DNA of 64,000 nt, taken from assembly GCF_030684315.1 (NCBI RefSeq), contig NC_081363.1, positions 86,904,184 to 86,968,183 of the forward strand, in the 5' to 3' direction. Numbering within the stretch: position 1 is the first letter of the stretch; the number at the start of each line of letters is the position of its first letter. A model generated the notes under the pieces. That model was not told the DNA's origin and did no database searches. It saw only the letters and a program-made list of their open reading frames with translations. Shown piece after piece: positions 38,021 to 49,402 of this stretch. A program made the translations under genes and the position numbers. Source of the DNA: Stegostoma tigrinum (lineage: Eukaryota).

Positions 38021-40044
38021 TCATTGAATATGTACTAGCATTGTTGCTTCACTGGAACTGGCTAAGACTGCTGGTAGTTTTGAGTGCTCAGGATTTTACA
38101 GTAGGTTGTTGCCGGATCTTTTCCTTGATTTTCGCTATGTCCAACTGTTCTCTGATATCACGTGGAGTGAACTGAATTGGCTGAAAATTGGTATCTGTAA
38201 TGCTTGGGACTAGAGTTGGATTATCTTCTTGGTACTTCTAGCTGAACATGGATGCAAATGCCTCAGCCGAGTTATCTACACAAACCTCTGCCCTCATTGC
38301 CGATAAGGACATTTGTAGAGCCGGCTCTTCCTACTACTTACTTTATTGTCCATCACCATTTGTGGCTGGAGTAGCGGGTGCTTAGAACTTTAGTTTGTTA
38401 GTTGTGTTACTTGTACAATGGCTTGTATCTGTCTATCACTGCAGCTTCTGCTATTTACTATGTAAGTATTCTCTGTGTTATAGCTTCAGGATGACATCTC
38501 ATTTTTAAGTGTCTTCACTACTGCACCAGTAGCCCCTCATAGAATCAGGATCAAGACAAATCCCAAGTCATTTTATATGTATATTAGGAGCAAGAGGGTA
38601 ATTAGGGAAAGGGTAGGTCTACTCGGACGCCAAGGACAGAATTTGTGTGGAGCCAGAGGGAGTGGATGAGGTCCTTTTTAATGAGTACTTCACATCAGTA
38701 TCCAGCAAGAAGAAAGACATGGATGATTAGTTTAGAGATGAATTTGTTGATATAGTAAGGCATGTCAATATTAAAGAGCAGGAGCTGCTGGGTGCCTTTT
38801 AAAAACACATTTAGGTATCTAAGTCCTCAGGGTCTGGTGGGATCCTTCACAGGATACGGAAGAAGGCAAAGGAGGAGATTGCTGGTGCCTTTACAGAGAT
38901 ATTTTTATCCTCTTTAGCCACAGGCAAGGTCTGTGAAGACTGGGGATTGGCAGTGTTGATGCATTGTTCAAGAATGGCAACATGGATAATCTAGGAAATT
39001 ATAGGCCATTACATCAGTGGTAGGAAGTTATTGCAGAAATTTTTTAGAGACAGGAATTACTTGCATCTGGAGAAGAATGTACTCATTAGGGATAGTCAGC
39101 ATGAATTTGAGGTCTGGCCCGCAAATTTGATTAAGTTTTTCAAGGAAGCGATGAAGATGATTGAGGGGAAAGCAGTGGATATTGTCTACATGAACTTTAC
39201 AAAAGCATTTGACAAGATCCCTCATGATAGGCTGGTCCAGGAGATTAAGTCACTGGGATCCATGGTAAGTTGGCAAGTTAAGTACAAAATTGGTTTGGCC
39301 ATAGAAGGCAGAGGGTAGTTGTGGTCAGTTGTTTTTCTGACTTGTGTTCTGCAAGAATTAGTGCTGGGTGCCTGTTGATTTGGCTGTGATATAATTAAGT
39401 TTGCAAATGACATTGGAGGTGTGGATAGTGAGGAAGGATGTCAAAGGATGCAGCAGGATACAGATCAGCTGGAAAGTTGGGTAGAGAAATGGTAGATGGA
39501 GTTTATTCTGCTCAAGTGTAAGGTGATGCATTTGGTACGTCAAAGCAAGAGGCAAGTATACTGTAAAGTTAAGTGCCCTCAGGAGCATTGATATACAGAA
39601 GAAACTTGGGGTTTAAGTCATAGCTTCCTTTAAATGGATAAGGTGACGATGAAGGCGTATGGCATACTTGCTTTCATTGGTCAGGGCATTGAGTGTAAAA
39701 TTTGCCAAGTTATATTGCAGCTGTTTAAGACTTCTGTAAAGCCATATTTGGAGTACTGTATGCAGTTCTGGTCACTGCATTCTCGGAACAACGTGGAGGC
39801 TATTTGAGAGGGTGCAGAAGAGGTTTGCCTGGATTTTAGTGTATTAACTTTAAGAAGGGGTTCATCAAACTTGGATTGTTTTGCTAGAAAGTTGGAGGCT
39901 GAGGGTCGACCTGCAAGAAGTGTATATAAAATTGAGAGGCATGGATAGCATGGCTAGTCGAACTCTGTCCAGGATGGAAGAGCCAAATACTAGAGGACAT
40001 AAGTTTAAGGTGAGAGGGGGAATGTTTAAAGGAGATGTTGCAAA

Positions 40045-41462
40045 TTAGGGTGGAATGCTGGCTCGGTGATTAGCACTACCACCTCACAACACCAAGGACC
40101 CCAGGTTTGATTCCACACTCGGGTGACTGTCTGTGTGGAGTTTGCACGTTTTCCTCGTGTCTGCATGAGTTTCCTCCCACAGCCCAAAGATGTGCAGGTT
40201 GGATGATTGGCTATGGGAAACGCAAGTTGCATGGGGTCCAGAGTGTATTAGCTAGATGGATAGATAGCCAGCTGGGCAACAGGAGACACAGTTGTAGTGG
40301 AGGGAGTTCTCAAAATGGAGAACCGTGACCAGTGGTGTTCCACAGGGACCCGTGTTGGGACCACAGTTGTTTGTGATATACATGAATGATCTGGAGGAAG
40401 GCATAGATGGTCTGATTAACAAGTTTGCGGATGACCCTAAGATTGGCCAAGCAGCAGATAGTGAAGGGATTTGTCAAAATGCAGCAGAACATAGATTGGA
40501 AAGTTGGGCAGAGAAGTGGCAGGTGGAGTTCAATCCAGGCAGATGCAAGGTGATGCATTTTGGAAAATCTAATTCAAGAGCAAACTACATGGGAAATGGA
40601 AAAGCCCTGGGGAGAATTGATGCACAGAGAGATCTGGGTGCTCAGGTCCATTGTACCCTGAAGGTGGCAATGCAGGTCAATAGAGTGGTCAGGGCAGCAT
40701 ACAGTATGCTTTCCTTTATTGGATGGGGTATTGAATACAAGAGTTGGCTGGTCATATTACAGTTGCATAGGACTTTGGTTTGATGACATTTGGAATACTG
40801 CATACAGTTCTGGTCGCCACATTACCAAAAGGATGTGGATGCTTTGGAGAGGGTGCAGAGGAGGTTCACCAGGATGTTGCCTGGTATGGAGGACACTAGC
40901 TATGAAGAAAGGTTGAGTAGATTAAAGATTATTTACATTAGAAAGATAGGTTGAGGGGTGATCTAATTGAGGTCTACAAAATCATGAGAGGTATAGACAA
41001 GGTGGATAGCAAGAAGCTTTTTCCCCCAGAGTGAGGGACTCCATTACTAGAGGTCACAATTTCAAGGTGAGAGGGGAAAAGGTTAAGGGAGATGTGCATG
41101 GAAAATTCTTTATGCAGAGGGTGGTAGGTGCCTGGAACGTGTTGCCAGTGGAGGTGGTAGATAGCGGGCATGATAGCGTTATTTCAGATGTATCTAGGCA
41201 GGTAGATGAATGGGCAGGGAGCAGAGGGATACAAATCCTAGGAAAATAGGTGACAGGTTTAGATAGAGGATCTGGATCAACGCAGGCTCGGAGGGCTGAA
41301 GGGCCTGTTCCTGAGCTGTAATTTTCTTTTGTTCTTTGTTCTTGTTTCTTTGTTACAGGAATTGGGTAGGGGTGTTGGTATGGGTGGGATGGTCTTCAAA
41401 GCGTCGGTGTGGACTCAATGGGCCAAATGGCCTGCTTCCACACTGCAGGGATTCTATGATTG
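40045..41462 (+). mobile_element. HE1/V-SINE-like element (40045-40230 and 41354-41462) split by an inner CR1
   Basis: Head tggctcggtgattagcactacc...ggtttgattcc; tail ggcctgcttccacactgcagggattctatgatt. Confidence 0.8.
40230..41353 (+). mobile_element. CR1 (inner) 3' portion
   Basis: ORF 40325..40783 SGVPQGPVLGP...KFADD; terminal (ttctttg)n. Confidence 0.92.
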
Positions 41463-42334
41463 TATGCACTAGGGAAGTTTCGTGTTAAACACAGAAAGTA
41501 GTAGTGGCTGAAATCTGCTGCCAGGGAAGGTGGTAGAAGCAGATGTGATAGCCAAGTTTAAGAGGAATTTAGACAGATGTGAACAGGCAGATGGGATTAG
41601 TTTGGAGTGTCATCATGGTCAGTGCACGCGTGGTGGGCCGAAGCGTGTGTTCTTGTGTGCTTGCTTTTATATTGTTTTATCTGATGTCTTGATGATAACG
41701 CTTAAAGTGAGTGTCACACCATGAGATTACGGATTGTAGTTCTAATGTTGCTGATTGCTCACATGTCCATCTTTGAGCTGTTGAATCTGATCTCAGCCTA
41801 TCTTATTTAACACAGTAGAGGTTGCCCTCAGCGTGAAGGTGACACTTCAACCCCACAAGGACTGTTTGAAAATCAATCCTACCAGTGTTATGTCTACGTT
41901 CGGTTAGGGTTAGGAAGGTAATCCCAGCCTGTCCTTATAACTCAATCCCTCCATTCTGAGCAACATCCTGGTTAGGGGTCAGACAATGTAGGTGTTTCCT
42001 CCTTGTGAGGCCCCTCATCACTTGTTGCAGGTCCAGTCTGGCAGATATGCCCCACAGACCTCAACTATCTCAGGGCCCTTTCAGTCCTTCTTCCAATGAT
42101 GTTGAAGGTAGAGAAGTACTGATGTCTCAATTGAAGTTGGCAGTGCAGTAGGTTGTTGACAGCGAGAGATTTACTTCTGGTTTGACTTGGTGTTGGGAGA
42201 CTGAGAATTCTCGGGGCAAAGCCCTAATGACTTTAGTATACCACTGTCCAGGTCTGTTCTGGTGGTTGGACAAGGCTTATCAAGTGATGATAAAAGAGAC
42301 ATTGCTGTAAGTTAACATGTACTGAATATGACTT

Positions 42335-42384
42335 TACACCTTATTATCTCAGATTCTCCAGCATCTGCAGTTCCTACTATCTCT
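42335..42384 (+). mobile_element. Very short Penelope 3' terminus
   Basis: TSD ctgaa(t/c)atgact at 42322-42333 and 42383-42394. Confidence 0.65.
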
Positions 42385-43614
42385 GAACATGACTCTGTCT
42401 GGCTGTTGCTTAACCAATGTATGAGACAAGTCTTCTGATTTTGGCTTCAATCTCCAGATGTTAGTGAAGAGGATTTTGTAAGGTTGACTGGGTAGGGTGT
42501 GCCCTTGTCATTTAGGTTTCTCTGCCTTGCCTTGCTTTTATTCTATTTTGACTACTGTAGTGGTTTAGTACAAATGTGTGGTTTCAGGGAGCAGCTAAGA
42601 ATTAACCACGTTGCAGAGATATGAGCTCAGGTTGAATTCTAAGTGAAATATACACACAAATGCAAGTTATTGTTGCTAATCAGACAAATAATGTGCTCGG
42701 GAAAGTATGGAGTTTGAGTATTATTGGACGTCCAGTTATCCAGATACATGGTGAATATTGCAATTCATTGCTAACCTGCTTTGTTTGTTTTGGGTTGTGG
42801 GTTTCATTAATTGGCAAGGCTGAAATTCAAAACTGAATGTCCTCTGAAATGGCCAATTGAAACAGTTAACTCTTAACTGTGTTGCCTTGGCACTGGACCC
42901 TAAGCATAAGTACAGACAGTTAGGGAGAGCAGAGTTCCTTCTGAGAAAGATGTTACTGAATGTCAGATTGTTTTCTATTGTTCACATACCATATTGAGTC
43001 TTGTCATTGACAGTGAGACTTCAAGGGACCTGCAGTTGAACTATTAATCACAATGCAGTCAGCCTGCGTTCTGCACTTAGAACAAGCTAAAACCATGGCT
43101 ACATTAATTATGTTGCTGAAGATTGGTGGCTCCCCCCAAGATGTTGGATGTTTAGCTACACTGAGACGATATTCTAATGGTTTCTGTGAAATCGAAATGA
43201 AACTTTCTCAGAGTGCAAAGTCATTGTGTCGTTTCTAAAGCAAGTCGTTGTGTTCAGCAAGCATTAGTTTCAGATGCCTAGTAAAATAATTCATTTAACA
43301 AATGTACCAAGACAGCTCGGCTGTCAGAGGATGGCAATCAAGTTGTCTATTCAGTGTTATGTTGTTTTAGCCCAAGGAGAAGATATTTGGAAATCCAAAC
43401 CCATTGCATCCAATTATAATTATGTCCATGTGTTGACCATTGGAATTTTTTTAATACTCTGCAGATTGCTCATGTGCTTAGTGTATGAAGACAAGGGATA
43501 GAGACCATTCTCCTCTCTTGAATCATAAAAACCTTCATTAATTCTGTCAAACTGAGATGATTTAGTAATTATTTCCAATTTTACTCCTCAGCTCTATCTG
43601 GTTGGTTCATGGTA

Positions 43615-44420
43615 GGTTTGATTTGATTTATTATTATAAAATAATACCTAAGCACAGTGAAATGTGTTTTGTTTTGCCAGTAATACAGACAGATAATAAA
43701 TCGAGATCACAGGGTGATTGAACAAAGTGAGGAATGGAAAGTTACGGCTACAAAGAAGGTGTACCAAAAGCAAGATCAGCATTAGATTTGAAATTTGAGA
43801 GGTGCATTCAGAAGTCTAATAACAGGAGGGAAGAAGCTGTTCTTGAACTGTTGGTATGTGTTTTAAGCTTTTGTATCTTCTGACTGATGGAAAAAGTTGG
43901 AAGAGATTATAACTAGGGTGGGAGGGGTCTCTCTGATTTTGGTTGCCTTTCCAAAGCGTTGAGAAGTGTCAGTGGAGTCAATGGATGGAAGGTTGGCTTG
44001 TGTAATTGTCTGTGCTGTGTGAACAACTTTGTGGTTTCTTGCGGCCTTGGGCAGAGCAGTTGCTGTACCAAGCAGTTATGCACTCGGAAAGAATGCTTTC
44101 TATGGTGCATCTGCAAAAGTTGGTGGAAGCCCAATGTGGACATGCTGTATTTCTTTAGCCTGCTGAGGAAGGAGATATGTTATTGTGCCTTCTTGACAGG
44201 CAAATCTACATTGATGGCCCAGGATAGATTGTTAGTGATAGTCGTTTGTCGGAATACTCTCAACCATCTCCACCGCAGCTCCACTGATGTAGATATGGGC
44301 ATGCCCTCTTTGCTTCCTGAAGTTGATGAACATCTATAGTTTTGTTGACTTTGAGGGAAAGATTGTTGTCTTTATGATGCATCACCAAGTATTCTATCTC
44401 TTTCCTGTATCCCATCTCAT
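43615..44420 (-). mobile_element. Rex1/Babar LINE 3' portion
   Basis: - strand DNNLSLKVNKT..., KKAQ..ISFLSRLKKYSMS...; terminal (aaatc)n at ~43615-43630. Confidence 0.8.
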
Positions 44421-45519
44421 CATTGTTTTGGTAAATCAGTATTTTAAAAGGCCAAGCATTTTGGATGCAGCTGACATGGTAAGCTCTTTCTGTTTCTGCT
44501 GTAACTGTCCCACTGTTTGCCAGTGCTAATATGTGTAAAATGAATTGTGTCAAGAGTCCAGAAGCCAGGAATTTAAGTAAGCTCTTTTAGCAAGTTATTA
44601 GCTTGATTGATTGGCAGAAATGTGTACACATAATTTTAAACTTGATTTCTGCTAATGAGATTTTTAAAAATGATTTGCAGAATCTTCCAGAGAAATATCA
44701 GTACAGATTATGAGAGTTTGGAAAGCATTAAACCTGCTTCTGGTTTAATGTAGCGCAGAGTGGAATGCAGCAAAGTAAAATGAACACGTTAAGGTCAATA
44801 TTTACAGTGGTATAGCTTTATACCTCTCAAAATATAAAAAATTTATTTTACTTTGGTGCATTCTAACCTGCGCTACAGTAAACAAGAAGCAGGTTTATGC
44901 TTTCCAAATCCTTGTCATTTGAAGAATAAATTCAGTAATTGACCTTATCATCTGCAGGTGTTCCCCCACCACTCTATGCACTCCCAAGGTGTGCCTTTTA
45001 TTATTTTAGTTGCTTCATGATAACCTTGGCGAGAAGACAAGCTATGTATGACCACTCAACATTGTATTTATCTGCTAAAAATCCGCAAATGAAGCTTCAT
45101 GAACTTTACTTATTAAATCAGATAGATTTGATTTGATTTCTCAATAGTTTACTGCACTTCAGCAGACATGGCAATGTTTTCACTGATTATTCCTCTACCA
45201 CCCTAGATACTCCCTCTTCTGTGAGAATTTTGTAACTTCATCGAAAATGTAAAATGGGTTAAATAACGGAAGTTGTTTAGAGAATATAGTTGTTCAATTC
45301 ATTGTGTCTGTTGCAAAATATAATCATTAGTGGGGACTTGAAATATGTGTAAAATTCCTGGGACTTGGAATTTACAGGAATTTTACATGTATTTAGTCAA
45401 ATCATAGAGTAATACAGTACGGGAGGTCTTTTAGCTGATCTAGTCTATTTTGTGAGCACTGCTGTTCGTTTTGTTGCTCCAGTTTTCATATTTCTGTAAC
45501 TTTTCTTCTCTTTAAAGTA

Positions 45520-45826
45520 GGGCAGCATGGTGGCTTAGTGGTTAGCACTGCTGTCTCACAGTACCAGGGACCTGGGTTTGATTCCACCCTTGGGTGACTG
45601 TCTGTGTGGAGTTTGCGCATTCTCCTTGTGTCTGTGTGGGTTTCTTCCCACAGTCCAAAGATGTGCAGGCTAGGTGGATTGGCCGTCCTAAATTGCCTGT
45701 ACTGTTCAGGGATGTGTAGGTTAGGTGAGTTTCAGGGGCATGGGTCTGGGTGGGATGCTCCAAGATTCGGTGTGCACTTGTTGGGTTGAAGAGCCTGTTT
45801 TCCACACTGTAAAGATTCTATGATTT
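45520..45826 (+). mobile_element. HE1/V-SINE-like element, near full length
   Basis: gggcagcatggtggcttagtggttagcactgctg...gggtttgattcc; V-domain; tail gcctgttttccacactgtaaagattctatgatt. Confidence 0.88.
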
Positions 45827-47473
45827 ATCCAATTAACTTTCAACAGGTGCTATATCCTGCACTCTCCAAATTAGTGTGTTCCAAATCCAAATCAAGATCA
45901 AATTTTTGAGACATTTTAAAAAAAAGTCCTCCTGTTTCCTTTGATCTGCTTTTTGAACACTTCAAATTTGTGCCCCTTGTTTGATCCTTTTGCAATTAAA
46001 AATAGTTACACTTTGTATTTAATATATCTAAATTATTAAATGTTTTCAAAGATCTCCCTAAAATGCCCCTCTCTGCTTTTTTGTGTTCAACAGACGACAA
46101 ACTCAGCATTTCCAGGCTCTGTCTGTTGTCAGCACCACTGCTAGGTGGTGCAGTGACCTGCATGTGCATAAACATAGCTTTGTTCTGCCATGTCATGTAC
46201 GCTGCCTGGAACAAAGATGGTGGTGCCCATGTAATGACAAGCAGTCAAACTTGTGACCATTGGCTGTTTTAGTTTGTAAAATCCGTAGTCATTCTATCTC
46301 CAGCCAGCGTGGAATCAGGCAGATGGTCCACTCTTTTTCATGGTACACTGAACAGTAACCTATGAGACTGCATCTACACAAGACCAGATGATGAGCCTTA
46401 TTGACAAGTTCAATCCCTGGAGTATTGGTCTTAATCCATCAGAGTGGAGAGTATTGCCTTCTGAGCTGAAAGTATAAGTTTCTCCTAGTTACAGAAGTGC
46501 CATTGGTCAGTTACTCTTTTGGAGTTTGGAGAAGCAGCTGCAAAACATGTAAATGACTGGTTCCAATGCACCAAATCCATTTGAGGCCTATTACTTCGTA
46601 AATGCCATAAAGAAAATGTTAGCAGGGCTGCTGTCCAGCGAGGTATCAGCATTTCTGAAGAGATCATTTTAGGTGAAGTAATCGGCACTACCTTTGCTGG
46701 CCATTATGGCATTGCCAAAGTTATTATAACTGCCATCCCGAGAGCTGTTTGGGTATATCTGTTCTGTAATCTCTTCAAAGCTTTCATGCTCATCCTAAAA
46801 CATGTTGCACTAAATTGGGCACACTACTTCAATTAGTATAAAATCTATGATTCTTGAAGATTTAGCATTGCTTCCATACTCTTATACTCACCAACTCTAT
46901 TTGTAAAATCGAGTCTCCCATATGGTTTATCAATGGCTTTGTTAACCTGTACTGCCTCCCATGAGATCAGGAATAGGCCTAATAACTGATGGTTCTCCTC
47001 ACTGAAGATTCATTTCCCACACCCTGACCATCCTGATTGGCACAGATAGCCACCATATACTTATGCAGATCCTCACAGCCTTTGGTGAATCCTTAAACCT
47101 ACCTGTATATGAAGTCTTCAGTTTGCTAAATGATTTTGATTTTATTGAACATGAAGCATTTTGCATTGTTATCTCCTAAGATCAATTCAAGTAATAATAC
47201 TTGATTTTCAAATTTTGATCTTTCGGTAGTAGAGACACAGTTATCAATTGTTTGATAATCTTTTGAACCGTAGTCTCAGTAACAGATTAATGACTTGGAA
47301 CAGCTTGCTACATTCAAAATGTGACTTGTCCATCAAGTTGAATCAAGCTCTGAGTCCAAAGGACTTAATACTGCGGTGGAAAGGAAGGAGGGAGAGCAAA
47401 TTCTGCTTTCCAGGTTCTGATGCCTGATGGCACATCCTTCCCATGCACTCAAAGATTTGTGGGTTGAGATTTA

Positions 47474-47540
47474 CATAGAACAGAGAACATAGAACATAGA
47501 ACATTACAGCATGGTGCAGGCCCTTCGGCCCTCAATGTTG
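47474..47540 (-). mobile_element. CR1 3' terminus with (catagaa)n
   Basis: catagaacagagaacatagaacatagaacattacagc...ggcccttcggccc. Confidence 0.75.
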
Positions 47541-48580
47541 ATTCGGCCTATTCCATCATGTGAAGAACCAAGGTAGAATCTCATCACCACCCTGAGTAGA
47601 TGCTATTGTCAAGTTGAGGGTTAGATGAAGACATCGGCATCATGTTTTATTGGATAATGCTATAGTGAAGTGCCTTAGATATACTCAGAACAGATATGCT
47701 CTTGTACAGCCTCAGAACTACTTCATGGTACCCATTTGTCATGTATCAGTTAAGATAGCTATCAATAACTGATTATCCAAGATTTAAAACATTATTACAT
47801 TGACATGCTATAGAAATTTGTTTATCTATTGAGTGAAAATGCACCTCGATGAAGGTTTTATGGTACTCTAAGTCGTGTATAGATTTTAAAATGGTAAACT
47901 AACCAAAGGAAAAATATTGTGTGCTTGTTGGTTACTGGTGCTAGCACCCCTATTCCTAATTAACTAACTTTACCCATATTATCTACAACTGCAACTTTTG
48001 ATCAAGTCAAATAAATAAACTGGATGGGAAATTAATAATAAAATGTATTTGCTTTAGTCAAATTACTGATTAGTTCCTGTGCTATTAACTTCTGCTTTAA
48101 AAGATTTTCACTTTTAATCCAATTTAAATAAATTATTGTAGTGCACCTTTAACGATGCTTGTCCCAATGATCCCTCTATTGCACTCTGCAGTGCCAAATG
48201 TGTTTCTGTTTCATCCTGGTGCCACTTGTTTGTACAGCAACTGATTGGGAGGCTTTGGGGAAGATGCTGCTGGAGCAGAAAATGTGCAGCTGCAGCTCTC
48301 CAAACTGACACACCAGGCCAAAATTTTTCTTTTTAGGTTTAATGTTTGCCATTGGAAGAATTCCCAAATTCCTGTAACTGATGTGATAGTTACAGCATAG
48401 TTGATATCAAAGGCCACTTCAAATTTGGTTTATTAAGCTGTGGACAATGTGTACTTTTGTTTTTACAAACACTTAAACAGTGAAATGACTTGTAAACAGA
48501 CTTTATCTTTTGTTGGTCCATTTTGCTCATAATAAAAAAAAACTAATGACATGGTTTATCCAGCTTCCTGATAAACTTGA

Positions 48581-48730
<150 letters not shown>

Positions 48731-48795
48731 TGAAGTGCAGAAGTAGAATTCGGCATACGACTGAAAGGTTACAATGATTTCCATTCAGTTAATTA

Positions 48796-48991
48796 CAGGT
48801 AGTTCTGCTGTAACGTGTGTTTTGTTAACGCGAACTGGCTGTAACATGATCAACGATGAGTGAACTCTTTGGATAAAGTGAACTTTGCTGTACAGGTATA
48901 ACAATTTCCCTATAATGCAATTTTCTGTAGTGCAATTTTCTATAGCAAGAGATTATGCAAGAATGCAACTATCCCATTATAGAACTACCTA
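48796..48991. mobile_element. Tc1/mariner (Tigger/pogo-type) MITE
   Basis: TA|caggtagttct ... agaactacct(a)|TA: terminal inverted repeats with TA duplication. Confidence 0.75.
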
Positions 48992-49402
48992 TACTTTCTT
49001 AATGATTTAAGTGGAAGCAAGAACATAATGCTGCATCAGGACATGTTGAGCTTATTGACAACATTTCAACTGATGATCGCATGAGGTACTTCGCAGTTGG
49101 TTTGATTTTGTTTTTACTGCGTGTCTCACAATGCCTGTCATCAGTAGAAGCCATATGAATTAATAAGGTGTGATTAAACATTCATGAGACTGAGCTTGAA
49201 GAGTCCAGCAGCAACAGCAGACTTGCATCTACTGGTATTCGTGTAAGCAATCTGTTCTTTAATCTTTGAGTAATTCTGAGAACTCAAGATAAATCCTAAA
49301 CTACAGCCAGTTATAGCATTTGTATTGCTAACCAGCTGAGTTAGTTAATGAGCATAGCCTGGGAGCTAAACCTGGAACTTTTAGGTCTTAACCCACACAC
49401 AT

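Larger units (their letters stand above)
38535..41680 (+). mobile_element. CR1 (outer; 38535-40042 and 41466-41680) interrupted by a SINE and an inner CR1
   Basis: ORF 39031..39318 (DIVYMNFTKAFDKIPHDRL). Sequence resumes at 41466 with VVEAD.IAKFKRNLDR. Confidence 0.85.
34200..42620 (-). mobile_element. Fragmented old L2-type LINE scaffold (pieces ~34200-34670, 35650-35930, 37450-37660, 38050-38520, 41700-42620)
   Basis: Collinear decayed - strand RT/APE remnants (e.g. DKKLNWTS, DIKAALD.VWH, AEAFA..FS.K) between younger insertions. Confidence 0.5.
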
